From Planctomycetota bacterium (lineage in GTDB: Bacteria; Planctomycetota; B15-G4), in NCBI GenBank assembly GCA_965248575.1, contig CBDFJQ010000002.1, positions 2,976,001 through 3,040,000 of the forward strand: 64,000 nucleotides of DNA, written 5' to 3'. This document shows, piece by piece, positions 30,100 through 39,697 of this stretch (its first letter is position 1; every line of letters starts with the position of its first letter). The notes under the pieces were generated by a model that was not told where the DNA came from, did not search any database, and worked only from the letters and a program-made list of their open reading frames with translations. The position numbers were made by a program, and so were the translations under genes.

Positions 30100-31144
30100 G
30101 CGCAACGCCTTCCGCCACCGAGCGGAGCGGTCGCGGCGAGTCGAAATCAGCACCCTGCGGCCGGGGCTCCATGCCCACCTGCCCGATGACCTCGTGGTCT
30201 TCCTTCGCGCTCATGCCGCCCGTGGTGAGGTAGTCGCCCACCATCGCAGCGCTGGCGCCGGCCAGGTACATCATCGGGGCTAGCTGCCCCAGCACCACCT
30301 CGCGCCCGCCGGCCACCATGATGTGGTGTCGCGGCAACATGAAGCGGAAGACGGCGATGCACTTGAGTGCTTCCATGGGCGCCATGGCCTCGAAGGCGTC
30401 GCCGGTGGGCGTGCCCTCGATGGGGTTCAGGAAGTTGAGCGGGACCATGTCGGGGTTCACTTCCCGCAACTCGGCGGCCAACTCGGCGCGCTGGCGCGAC
30501 GTCTCGCCCATGCCCAGGATGCCGCCGGAGCAGACGTTCATGCCGGCCTCGCGCACCAGCTCGATGGTGCGCAGGCGGTCGGACCGGGTGTGGGTCTCGA
30601 CCACTGTCTCGAAGTGGCTCTCGGCCGATTCGAGGTTGTGGTTGTAGGTCTGCAGGCCGGCCTCGCGCAGCTGGCGCGCCACTTCCGGATCGTCGATGAG
30701 ACCCAGCGACGCGTCGGCGTGCACCTTGCCGTCCTCGCTCACCTTGCGAATCAGGTTGGTGACCTTCTCCAGCTCCGGGCCCTGCTTCAGGCCGCGCCAG
30801 GCCGCCACGAGCCCCAGAGCCTCGGCTCCGTTCTCGTGCGCCTGCTGGGCCGCCTGCAAGGCCGCCTTCTCGTCCAGCAGCTCGTACTCTTCGATGCCCG
30901 TCTGGAAACGCACCGACTGGGCGCAGAAGCCGCAGTCCTCCGAGCAGCGCCCGCTCTTGGCGTTGACGATGCTGCACAGGTGCACTTCATTGCCGACGAA
31001 GTGGCGTCGGATGCGGTCCGCCGCCGCCAGCAAGTCCATGAAATCCTCGCGGCCCACGTCCTCCAGCAACTGCGCGGCCTCGTCGACCGTCACATCGCCG
31101 CCGGCCAGCACCTTGTCCTGCAGACTGCTGATGAGCTCACGCAT
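30086..31144 (-). CDS. bioB: Biotin synthase (radical SAM)
   Basis: CSEDCGFCAQS (CxxxCxxC), YNHNLES, CSGGILGMGE, VPLNFLNPIEGTP and GDYLTT. Confidence 0.96.
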   Translation of the reverse strand: MRELISSLQDKVLAGGDVTVDEAAQLLEDVGREDFMDLLAAADRIRRHFVGNEVHLCSIVNAKSGRCSEDCGFCAQSVRFQTGIEEYELLDEKAALQAAQQAHENGAEALGLVAAWRGLKQGPELEKVTNLIRKVSEDGKVHADASLGLIDDPEVARQLREAGLQTYNHNLESAESHFETVVETHTRSDRLRTIELVREAGMNVCSGGILGMGETSRQRAELAAELREVNPDMVPLNFLNPIEGTPTGDAFEAMAPMEALKCIAVFRFMLPRHHIMVAGGREVVLGQLAPMMYLAGASAAMVGDYLTTGGMSAKEDHEVIGQVGMEPRPQGADFDSPRPLRSVAEGVAHGTA

Positions 31145-31173
31145 GCGTGTCGGACCTCTGGAACAAGCGGTGG

Positions 31174-32202
31174 TTAGCGGTAGGAGTCGAGCAGCGCCCC
31201 GAAGGCTGCCTCGTCCGGGCGCAGGTCCTTCTCGTCCATGAACGAGAGGGGCTTCTCGCCCAGGCCCAGCACTTCATCATGCGCCTTGCTGTCGGACTTG
31301 TAGTAGATGAGGCCGGTGTAGACGTGTTCCACGTCCTGGCGGTCCTTCTCCAGGATGCGGCGAGCCGCCTTGATGTCCGTGGGGTCGTGCTCGTCCGACA
31401 AGGCGTGCAGCTTGATGCTGCTGCCGTCGGGCATGCCCACGGCCACCGTCTCACCCTGGGGCTGGTCCACTTCCTCGGCCTCGTAAGGCGCGACGAAGCC
31501 CACCTCGTGCAGGCTGATGTTGTGGTCCTTCAACCATTTGAAGCCCTTGGTGCTGTCGGGCAGGTTGTTGAAGGTCACGCAGGGGCTGATGCAGTCGATG
31601 AGCGCCAAACCGTTGTGGTTCATGGCAGCGCGCACCAGGTTGACCATCTGCTTGCTGTCGCCGGAGAAGCTGCGCGCGACGAAGCTGCAACCCATCTCAA
31701 GAGCCAGGGTGCACAGGTCCATGTGCTCGAAGGGGTTCACCTCGCCACCCTTCTTGAGGCTGCCCTCTTCGGAGGTGGCGGAGAACTGACCCTTGGTCAG
31801 GCCGTACACGCCGTTGTTTTCGACGATGTAGACCATGTTCACGTTGCGGCGCACCGCGTGGCAGAACTGGCCCATGCCGATCGAGGCCGTGTCGCCATCG
31901 CCCGAGACACCGATGGTGGTCAGGTGCTTGTTGGCGGCGTTGGCGCCCGTGGCCACGGAGGGCATGCGCCCGTGCACCGAGTTGATGCTGAAGCCCTTGT
32001 TGATGAAGTAGGCGGGCGTCTTGCTGCTGCAGCCGATGCCCGAGGTCTTCACCACGTCGTAGGGGTTCACCGCCGACTGATAGGACGCCTCGATGATGTG
32101 GCGCGTGATCTGGTCATGGCCGCAACCGACACAGAGGGTGGACTTGCCGCCCGCGTAGTCCGTCTTTGCAAGACCGATGTGGTTCGTCTTCACTTCAGGC
32201 AT
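31174..32202 (-). CDS. 2-oxoacid:ferredoxin oxidoreductase beta subunit (TPP-binding)
   Basis: LCVGCGH, SGIGCSSK, HGRMP, GDGDTASIG, NNGVYGLTKGQFS and SPCVTFN. Confidence 0.95.
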   Translation of the reverse strand: MPEVKTNHIGLAKTDYAGGKSTLCVGCGHDQITRHIIEASYQSAVNPYDVVKTSGIGCSSKTPAYFINKGFSINSVHGRMPSVATGANAANKHLTTIGVSGDGDTASIGMGQFCHAVRRNVNMVYIVENNGVYGLTKGQFSATSEEGSLKKGGEVNPFEHMDLCTLALEMGCSFVARSFSGDSKQMVNLVRAAMNHNGLALIDCISPCVTFNNLPDSTKGFKWLKDHNISLHEVGFVAPYEAEEVDQPQGETVAVGMPDGSSIKLHALSDEHDPTDIKAARRILEKDRQDVEHVYTGLIYYKSDSKAHDEVLGLGEKPLSFMDEKDLRPDEAAFGALLDSYR

Positions 32203-34006
32203 GGGCCACTTCTTTCACGCTCGACAGCACAGCGTCGATGATGGGCTGAGCGGACATGGGCATGCCGCCGTAGTAGAGGACCTTCTTGACCTTGGCAGCC
32301 GAATCCGGCGCCTTCACGCAGAGCAGATCGGCCATCTGGCCGTCGCGGTTCTGTTCGGCGACGAAGATCGTCTTGCAGCTGCGCACGAACTCGTAGACCT
32401 CATCGTGCAGCGGCACCGAGCGGATGCGCATGGAGCGCATGTTGATGCCTTGCTCCTTGAGATACTCGCGCGCCTCCGTCACGGCGTAGCGGGTGCTGCC
32501 GTAATGGATGATGCCAATCTCGGCGTCGAGGTCGCCGGTCAGCGTGGGCTTGGGCGTGAAGGCGATGGCCCCCGCGATCTTGCGCTTCAGGCGGTCGACG
32601 AGCTTGATGTACTCCTCGCCGCTCTCAGTGTAGTTGGCGTCTTCGTTGTGGCCCGAGCCACGGGTGAAGTACGGCGCCTTGGGGTGGCGCGTACCGGGCA
32701 GCGTGCGGTAGGGCACGCCGTCGCCGTCCACGTCCTTGTAGCGGGCGAACTCCGCCACCTGCTCCAGGGCCTCGGCGTCGAGCACCTTTCCGCGATCGAA
32801 GTCGTGGGTCGGATACGCGAGACGGTCGGACATGAGAAGGTTCATGCCCATGTCCAGATCGCTCATGACGAAGATGGGCGTCTGGAAGCGTTCGGCGTAG
32901 TCGAAGGCGCGCTGGGAGAAGTCGTAGATCTCTTCGGCACCCGCGGGGATCAGCAGGATGTGCTCCGTGTCGCCGTGCGACAGGTAGTTGCACATGGAGA
33001 TGTCTCCCTGCTGGGTGCGCGTGGGCAAACCCGTGGACGGCCCCACGCGCTGGATGTCAAACACCACACCCGGCAGCTCGGCGAAGTAACCAAAGCCCGC
33101 GAACTCACCCATGAGGGAGATGCCGGGGCCTGAGGTGGCGGTCATGGACCGGGCGCCCGCCCAACCGGCGCCGAGCACCTGGCCCAGGCTGGCCAGCTCG
33201 TCCTCGGCCTGCACGGCGGCGAAGCGATGCTCGCCCGTGTCCTTGTCGATGCGGTACTTCTTGCAGAGGTCGATGAAGCCCTCGCACACGCTCGAGCTGG
33301 GCGTGATGGGGTACCAACCCACGAAGGTGCAACCACCCATCAAGCAACCCAAGGCCGCGGCCTGGTTGCCCTCGATGAGTATCTTGTTCTGGGTCTGGTC
33401 GCGGCTCTCGACCTTGTAGCGGAACTGCGACGCGTCGAAGTTCTCCTTCGCAAACTGCACGCCCGCCTGGACCACCTCACGGTTGAGGTTGACCACCTTC
33501 TCCTTGTTGGCGAACTGGTCGGCGATGACCTGATTGAGCACGTCATGGTCGAGGCCCAGCATCTCAGCCAGCACGCCGACATAGACCATGTTGGCCAACA
33601 GCTTGCGCAGGCGCACGTCGGGCGCGAAGTCCTTGGCCAACTTGGCGAAGGGCACCACGAACACGCTGATGTCGTCGCGCCCCGGGTTCTTGGCCTGGGG
33701 CAGCGCCTCGTCGATGAAGAGCATGCCGCCAGTGGCCAGGCTCTGGACGTCTTCCGCCGCGGTCTGCGCGTTGAGCGCCACCATCACTTCGACAGAACCG
33801 GAGCGCGCCAGATACTTCTTCTCGGAGACACGCACCAGGTACCAGGTCGGCAAGCCGGCGATGTTGCTGGGGAAGAGGTTCTTCGGCGAGACCATCACGC
33901 CCATGCGGAAGATGGACTTGGCCAGGATGGTGTTCGAGGAAGCACTTCCCGAACCGTTCACCGTGGCGACATTGATGGTGAATTCGTTGACGATAGTGGA
34001 GGACAT
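32195..34006 (-). CDS. 2-oxoacid:acceptor oxidoreductase alpha subunit (gamma-alpha fusion)
   Basis: NGSGS, YPITPSS, QAEDELAS, TATSGPGISLM, QRVGPSTGLPTRTQQGD and EQNRDGQ. Confidence 0.95.
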   Translation of the reverse strand: MSSTIVNEFTINVATVNGSGSASSNTILAKSIFRMGVMVSPKNLFPSNIAGLPTWYLVRVSEKKYLARSGSVEVMVALNAQTAAEDVQSLATGGMLFIDEALPQAKNPGRDDISVFVVPFAKLAKDFAPDVRLRKLLANMVYVGVLAEMLGLDHDVLNQVIADQFANKEKVVNLNREVVQAGVQFAKENFDASQFRYKVESRDQTQNKILIEGNQAAALGCLMGGCTFVGWYPITPSSSVCEGFIDLCKKYRIDKDTGEHRFAAVQAEDELASLGQVLGAGWAGARSMTATSGPGISLMGEFAGFGYFAELPGVVFDIQRVGPSTGLPTRTQQGDISMCNYLSHGDTEHILLIPAGAEEIYDFSQRAFDYAERFQTPIFVMSDLDMGMNLLMSDRLAYPTHDFDRGKVLDAEALEQVAEFARYKDVDGDGVPYRTLPGTRHPKAPYFTRGSGHNEDANYTESGEEYIKLVDRLKRKIAGAIAFTPKPTLTGDLDAEIGIIHYGSTRYAVTEAREYLKEQGINMRSMRIRSVPLHDEVYEFVRSCKTIFVAEQNRDGQMADLLCVKAPDSAAKVKKVLYYGGMPMSAQPIIDAVLSSVKEVAHA

Positions 34007-34405
34007 CGGTCGACTACTGGGGGGAGTTCTGGGGGCAGCGATAGGGGACTGAGCCTGCGGCCGAGCTGCCGTCCGGGGCCGCGCGTACGCGCTGCAAACT
34101 CCTGTTCCCGTCGGGGAAACGCCCGGAGATCAGGGACGGCTGAATGGGGCAACAGGCTAGCAAAGCCCATCGGTCTGCGTGAATCCCACGGGCCCAGCAA
34201 AGTGCTTTCCTGGGGAGGCAATTTCGGTCCCGCCGCGCGGAGGCAACGCGCCCCAGCTTCGAGGGGCCAACGTCGGTAGACTCACCGGCCGCCCTCAACG
34301 GCCGCCGAGGGTTCCCGAACCCGCCGCCAGGCTGCGGCGAGCCCGCGCCCCATCCGACCAGCCCGCAGCCCCGCCCCTCCTTCTCAGTACTTCTCCGGAG
34401 CACCC

Positions 34406-34771
34406 GTGACCGACGACAAGATCGAGCGCTGGAAGACCTTTGTGGCCCAGCAGCCGGACAATCCCCTCCACAACTTCGCCCTGGCCGCGGCCTATCTGCA
34501 GGCCGGGGACCACGAGAACGGCGCCCAGGCCTATGCCCGCTGCCTGGAGCTGGACCCCAACTGGATGGTGGCGGCCATCAAGCGCGCCCGCTGCCTGGTG
34601 GAGCTGAAGCAGTGGGAGCCGGCCCGGGCGGCCCTGGATCTGGGGGCCCGCCTGGCCACGGAGCAGGACCACGAGGAGCCCTTCGAGGAGATCCGCGAGC
34701 TCCGGGATCAGTTCCCTGGGGACAGCGGCGGCTCTGATACACCCAGCTCCTCCGACCCGCAGGGCGCATGA
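34406..34771 (+). CDS. Small tetratricopeptide repeat protein
   Basis: PDNPLHNFALAAAYLQAGDHENGAQAYARCLELDPNW TPR pattern; GGAG RBS; overlaps the rsmG start. Confidence 0.8.
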   Translation: MTDDKIERWKTFVAQQPDNPLHNFALAAAYLQAGDHENGAQAYARCLELDPNWMVAAIKRARCLVELKQWEPARAALDLGARLATEQDHEEPFEEIRELRDQFPGDSGGSDTPSSSDPQGA

Positions 34772-35514
34772 GCACTCCCCCAGCCAACGAGGGCGGCGAG
34801 AGCAGCGGGCGGGCCGTGGACGACTCCACTGTGGAGGAGTTTGAAGACCTGGTGCTCCAGCACCTCGACCCCCACCTTCAAGAGGCGCACTGCGAGGGCA
34901 ATCCCGAGCTGGCTCTGGACCTGGCGCAGTTCTGCAGCACGCTGCGCGAGGCCAACCGCGCCATCAACCTGACGGGCATCGCCGACGCCGAGGGCATGGC
35001 AATTCGTCACTGCCTGGACAGCGTGGTGGCCCTGCCGTTCCTGGTGCCGGCCCTGGACGAGGCTGCGAGCCCGCCACCGCTGGTGGACATCGGTTCAGGT
35101 TGCGGGGTACCAGGCATCCCGTTGGCGTTGGCGCGCCCGGACCTGCCGGTGGTGTTGATCGAGTCGCGCAAGCGCAAGGCCGCCGCCATCGACGAGATGG
35201 TGCAGAGCATGGGGCTCGGCCCGCGGGTGCAGCTCGTGCACGCCCGGGCGGAGGCTTGGCTCGCAGACAACGACGCAGGGACCTTGGTCACTCGCGCCGT
35301 AGGTCCGGTGCGCACGCAGCTGGAGTTGTTCGGCCCGCTGCGCAAGCGTTACCGGCGACTCGTGATGCTCAAGGGACCGGGCGTGGACGAGGAGCTGAAG
35401 GAGGCGGCGAAGACGCGCCACAAACACAAGTTCCCGGAACCGGAACGACACGAGGTGATGTTGCCGGGTGAGGCGGGGAAGCGGGTGGTGTTGGTGTTTG
35501 CTGGGGGGCGTTAG
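34768..35514 (+). CDS. rsmG: 16S rRNA m7G527 methyltransferase
   Basis: NRAINLTGI, RHCLDS, DIGSGCGVPGIPLA, IESRKRK, ARAE, TRAV and LKG. Confidence 0.92.
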   Translation: MSTPPANEGGESSGRAVDDSTVEEFEDLVLQHLDPHLQEAHCEGNPELALDLAQFCSTLREANRAINLTGIADAEGMAIRHCLDSVVALPFLVPALDEAASPPPLVDIGSGCGVPGIPLALARPDLPVVLIESRKRKAAAIDEMVQSMGLGPRVQLVHARAEAWLADNDAGTLVTRAVGPVRTQLELFGPLRKRYRRLVMLKGPGVDEELKEAAKTRHKHKFPEPERHEVMLPGEAGKRVVLVFAGGR

Positions 35515-35582
35515 GGGGGGGCTAGAAGGATCGCGACTCCCTGATCAGCCAACCAGAATGCGCGGCCGCGCCCTGCACCCCG

Positions 35583-36992
35583 CTATCCGTCCGGCGAGCG
35601 ATCCTCACGCCAGGTCCGATGCTCGCTGGGCCGCAGGAACAACGGCATCCACGGCAGGATCAAGCGCAGCATCGACCAACCCACCGTGATGCCCAGCACC
35701 GGGAACCAAATCGAGAAGCCGCCCACCCACTCGGGCTCGGGCTGGCCCAAGTAACGAGTGACACCCGTCGCCAGGCCGCGCACCAAGAGCAGCAGCACCA
35801 AACCCACCATGCCGAGGTTGAGCCAGCGCAAGGCGTGGCGCGCCGCGGGTCCGTCCACCAGCGCCTCGAGCACTTCACGTTTGGGAAACAGGTCGCTCAA
35901 CACGGCAGCGAAGACTCCCAGCAGGATGTAGCTGTCGATGGCGATCTCCGAACCCATGGCGTGGGCCATGACCACGTGAGTGCCATGTATCAGCGCGTTC
36001 AGGGGGGGGACGGAGATGAGCAGCGCCAGAGTCAGCAGGCACAGGTTCCAGGTCTTGCTCAGACCGAACAGGCGCTCGGTCAGGCTGGGCTGCGCCTCGT
36101 GCAGGCGACGCTCCTTGGCCATGGCCGACGTGACCTCCCGGAAGACGATCACCAGGATGATGATCTCCAACATGCTCACCACGAAGGCCACCCACTTGAT
36201 GACATGCGATTGGGGCAGGTGGTAGGTGTGGTGCGCATAGTTGGTGAAGGAGTTGAGCAGGCCGATGCCGAACAGCGCGAAGGCGGCCCTGGACTGGGCC
36301 GGCCGCTTGTCACCGGACTTGCGCTCGCCGATGTACATGAGCGATCCGTAGACCATCTGGTTGAAGGCGGCCACCAGGGTGCCGCAGGACTTCCATTGGA
36401 TCTGCAGGTCGACCACTGGGTGCTCGCGCACGCCGGGCAACAACCAGGCGTGCCCCTCGGCGAAGGTCCACAAAAAGTAGAGGACGCCCACGGCCCACAT
36501 GTAGACATAAGCCGGGCGCTGCCAAAAACCATGCCGCACCCGAGCGAAGAAGGTCCACGCGAAGAGGACCCAGCCCGCCGCGATGAGCGCGGAGATGAGC
36601 GGGTGGAAGCCGAGGTACTCGCGGCCCGTGGTGATCCCCAGGGGCAGCGTGATCAGGGCACCCAGGCCCGCTGCGCCCCAGAGCAGCATCTGCACCCGGA
36701 AGCGCCGGCGCTCGGCGACGCTGGGCTCCCCGCTCTCCTGGTAGAGGAAGCGCACCACGCAGGCGACGGCACCCAGGAAGATCCATGAGGAGGCGAAGGT
36801 GGTGTGCAGCGGCCGCAGCTGCGCCAGGCTGAGCCCCACGCTTTGCATGCGCATCGCGACGGGTTGGATGTAGGTCAGCGCCCCCACCGCGCCGAACACC
36901 ACGGACAGCAAGGCGCACAGGAGCGCGCAACCCATGAGCAGCAGGACCGCCCGTTCGCCGTGACTGGGCGCGGGGTTCGCGGGCTTGCTCAT
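35583..36992 (-). CDS. Atypical NorB-like heme-copper oxidase superfamily subunit I
   Basis: About 12 TM helices; RPLH (helix II), GREYL, HH in helix VII, SMLE, and NALIHGTHVVMAHAM in helix X. Helix VI His/Glu are absent. Start at ATG 36992 overlaps the upstream stop. Confidence 0.85.
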   Translation of the reverse strand: MSKPANPAPSHGERAVLLLMGCALLCALLSVVFGAVGALTYIQPVAMRMQSVGLSLAQLRPLHTTFASSWIFLGAVACVVRFLYQESGEPSVAERRRFRVQMLLWGAAGLGALITLPLGITTGREYLGFHPLISALIAAGWVLFAWTFFARVRHGFWQRPAYVYMWAVGVLYFLWTFAEGHAWLLPGVREHPVVDLQIQWKSCGTLVAAFNQMVYGSLMYIGERKSGDKRPAQSRAAFALFGIGLLNSFTNYAHHTYHLPQSHVIKWVAFVVSMLEIIILVIVFREVTSAMAKERRLHEAQPSLTERLFGLSKTWNLCLLTLALLISVPPLNALIHGTHVVMAHAMGSEIAIDSYILLGVFAAVLSDLFPKREVLEALVDGPAARHALRWLNLGMVGLVLLLLVRGLATGVTRYLGQPEPEWVGGFSIWFPVLGITVGWSMLRLILPWMPLFLRPSEHRTWREDRSPDG

Positions 36993-37816
36993 GGCTGCTC
37001 CAACCGCGGGTACTCGAACCAGGGCAGGTCGAAGAGCGCGCCCTCGGCGGCCTGGGCCGCCCGCGCGAAGGATGCGTCCACAGCCGCGCCGTGGCGCTCG
37101 AGACGCGCGAGCGCAGCGTGCACGGCGTCCGTCTCGGCCTGCGTGAAGGGAAAGGGCGGCATCTGCTTGCCTGGAACTCCCGCCGCGAAGATCGCCGCCA
37201 GGCCGTCTCGCCCGTGCTTGCTCGCCGCCAGCGCCAGGTCCGGCGCACGGTAAGCACTCGCGCGGTTGGGCAGGTGGCAATCGATGCAGTTCTTCGACAG
37301 CAGCAGCTCCAGGCCTTGCTCTTCCAGGGGGCTGGGGGGCTCGTCGCCCGCCTCCCGGAACGTGCTGTCCAGCAACTCTCGCGGCGCCACCACCTCCGCC
37401 GCGCGCGCCTGGCCCTCGCCGGTGAGGTTCAGCTCCTCGAAGAAGGCCGCCAGGGCGCCGCGATCCTCGGCCCCCAACTCGAAGGCTGGCATCATCTCGG
37501 AACCCTCGGTCAACACCGCCTGCAGACGCTCGTCGGTGAGGCGTCGTGCGGCGTTGGTCAGGTCGGGCCCGAGGAAACCGCCGAAGCCGTAAAGCTGGTG
37601 ACAGCTCTGGCAGTTGTGCTCATGCCAGATCGCCTGCCCCTGGGAGGCGTGCTCCGACAGAGGCGGCCCTTCGCGCCCGGCTGGGTCCGTGTAGACCAGC
37701 CAGGTCTGGACGAGGAAGGCGCCCACCAACGCGAACATCAAGACCTTGCGAGGGCCCGGGTCGGGGCCCGCGCCCTGCGCCCCAGCTACAGGCCCGGCTC
37801 CGGTTGCGGCCGCCAC
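36989..37816 (-). CDS. NorC-like membrane-anchored diheme cytochrome c
   Basis: N-terminal TM; GQAIWHEHNCQSCHQLYGFGGFLGPDLT...MMP (NorC-like heme 1); second domain CIDCH...APDL...MPP. Confidence 0.85.
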   Translation of the reverse strand: MAAATGAGPVAGAQGAGPDPGPRKVLMFALVGAFLVQTWLVYTDPAGREGPPLSEHASQGQAIWHEHNCQSCHQLYGFGGFLGPDLTNAARRLTDERLQAVLTEGSEMMPAFELGAEDRGALAAFFEELNLTGEGQARAAEVVAPRELLDSTFREAGDEPPSPLEEQGLELLLSKNCIDCHLPNRASAYRAPDLALAASKHGRDGLAAIFAAGVPGKQMPPFPFTQAETDAVHAALARLERHGAAVDASFARAAQAAEGALFDLPWFEYPRLEQP

Positions 37817-37819
37817 GCC

Positions 37820-39616
37820 TCAGGCCTCCGAGGGGAAGAGGTCGGGTTCGCGGTCGCTGTCCAGGCTCAAGAGGTGGTCCAGCGAGAGGGGGCCGGAGCC
37901 GCGCCAGACCAGCAGCATCAGCGAGAAGAACACGAAGAAGGTGAACTGGAAGTCCAGGTTGGACCCGATCAAGCTCTCCGCCGCATTGCCCAGAAGGTGC
38001 ACGATCACGGCGCCGAACATGATCACGGCGTTGGCGAAGGCCGCGAGACGGGTGACGAAACCCAACGCCAGGCTCGCGCCTCCGATCACATGGGCGAAGA
38101 CCACCGACCAGGCGATCATCGTCTGTTCCTGCCCGAGCCCTTCGCCGAGCGTCGCCTCCAGCTCCGACATGTTCGTGATGAAGTAGATGCCCTTGATCAC
38201 CAGCGCGATGCCTAGATAGATGCGCAGCGCGTCCATGGGGCGCACGTGCTTGAGGCCCGGGATGAGGTCCTTGAAAGGCTTGCGGTCAGCGCGCGTCTTG
38301 CGTCTCTCCGCCATGGCCGCGGCGTGCTCCTTGGCCACGGCTTTCTCTTCGGCCGGCGAGAAGGTCACCGCCAGCGTAAAGGCTGAAGCCAGGGTCACCA
38401 ACCCGCCCAGGATGAGCAGCGCCTGGGGATAGGTGATGCTCTCGGAACGAATCAGGAAGCCTGCCGCCACGGCGCCCATGTTGCCGCCCGCGCCCACGAT
38501 GCCCGCCACCGCACCCAAGGCTTTCTTGTTGATGAAAGGCACGATGGAGTAGGTCGCCCCCTCGGACATCTGCACGAAGAGGCTGAAGACGATCATCATG
38601 GGGATGGCCAGGGCGATCACCCGCATCTGCGAGAAGAACACCAACGCGATGCCCTCGATGAAAAGCGCGATGAACAACCAACGCACCCGGCCCTTGAGGC
38701 CGTGCTTCTGCACGAACTTGTCGCTCACGAAGCCGCCCAGGGTGCGGGCGAAGATGTTCATCAGCCCGAACAGACCCGCCACGAGCCCCGCCGTCTTCAA
38801 CCCCAGGTCGAAGTAATCCATGTAATACAGGGCAGCGATGTTGTTGATGGTCAGCTCGATGCCGAAGCAGGCGGCATAGATGAAGAACAGGGCCCAGACG
38901 CGCTTGTCCTTCAGAGCCAGGGCGAAAGCACCCTTGGTCTTCTCGACCTTGGGCAGCTCGCCGCGCTCCCGGAGCTCCTTGAAGTTGCCGTCCGGCAGGT
39001 CCGTCGTGAAGAAGTAATAGGCGATGCCGGTCAGCATGCAGACGCCACCCGCAACCACCATGGCCAGGCGCCAGCTGCTTTCGTCGCTGAAGCCGAAGGC
39101 CACGAAGGCCGCCATGATCAGGGGCATGATCATCTGCGTGACGCCGCCGCCCAGGTTGCCCCAGCCGGCGGAGGTGGCATTGGCCGTGCCCACGCAGTTG
39201 GGCGCGAACATCACCGAGGTGTGGTACTGCGTGATGACGAAGGACGCCCCGATGACGCCGATACCCAGCCGGAAGAACAGGAAGCTGGTGTAGTCCGTGG
39301 CCAGGCCGACGCCCATCACCGGCAAGCCGCCCGCAAGCAACAGGAAGGTGTAGGAGAGGCGCGGCCCGATGCGGTCGCAAAGCCAGCCGATGAACAGGCG
39401 GGCCACGATCGTGATGGAGACCGACGCGATGATGGTGTTGCCGACCTGCTCCTTCGTCAGCCCCAGCTCGTCGCGCACCACCGCCATCAGCGGTGCAATG
39501 CCGAACCAGGCGAAGAAGCACAAGAAGAAGGCGAACCACGACATGTGGAAGGCGCGCATGGGGCGCGTCTTCAGGGAGAACAGGTCGATGCTCGTGGCCT
39601 TGTTGCGGACGTCCAT
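37820..39616 (-). CDS. narK: NRT2/NarK1-type nitrate transporter with C-terminal DoxX-like domain
   Basis: MRAFHMSWFAFF, nitrate signatures AGWGNLGGG and GIVGAGGNMG, FGLMNIFARTLGG; the last ~135 aa read LRIYLG...GGASLALGFVTRLAA...GSGPLSLD (DoxX). Confidence 0.88.
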   Translation of the reverse strand: MDVRNKATSIDLFSLKTRPMRAFHMSWFAFFLCFFAWFGIAPLMAVVRDELGLTKEQVGNTIIASVSITIVARLFIGWLCDRIGPRLSYTFLLLAGGLPVMGVGLATDYTSFLFFRLGIGVIGASFVITQYHTSVMFAPNCVGTANATSAGWGNLGGGVTQMIMPLIMAAFVAFGFSDESSWRLAMVVAGGVCMLTGIAYYFFTTDLPDGNFKELRERGELPKVEKTKGAFALALKDKRVWALFFIYAACFGIELTINNIAALYYMDYFDLGLKTAGLVAGLFGLMNIFARTLGGFVSDKFVQKHGLKGRVRWLFIALFIEGIALVFFSQMRVIALAIPMMIVFSLFVQMSEGATYSIVPFINKKALGAVAGIVGAGGNMGAVAAGFLIRSESITYPQALLILGGLVTLASAFTLAVTFSPAEEKAVAKEHAAAMAERRKTRADRKPFKDLIPGLKHVRPMDALRIYLGIALVIKGIYFITNMSELEATLGEGLGQEQTMIAWSVVFAHVIGGASLALGFVTRLAAFANAVIMFGAVIVHLLGNAAESLIGSNLDFQFTFFVFFSLMLLVWRGSGPLSLDHLLSLDSDREPDLFPSEA

Positions 39617-39697
39617 GGATTTCAGCCATTCCTGCGGGTCAGGGTTGTCTGTGGAAGCTGCGATGCTCCGGTCGCAGTCGCCTTTGTGTCGTGTGTG

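Noticed and set aside
35583..36992. Calling the HCO gene plain norB or ccoN
   Set aside because: It lacks the helix VI His and Glu residues of NorB and the ligand/Tyr pattern of CcoN, so either symbol would overstate the function.
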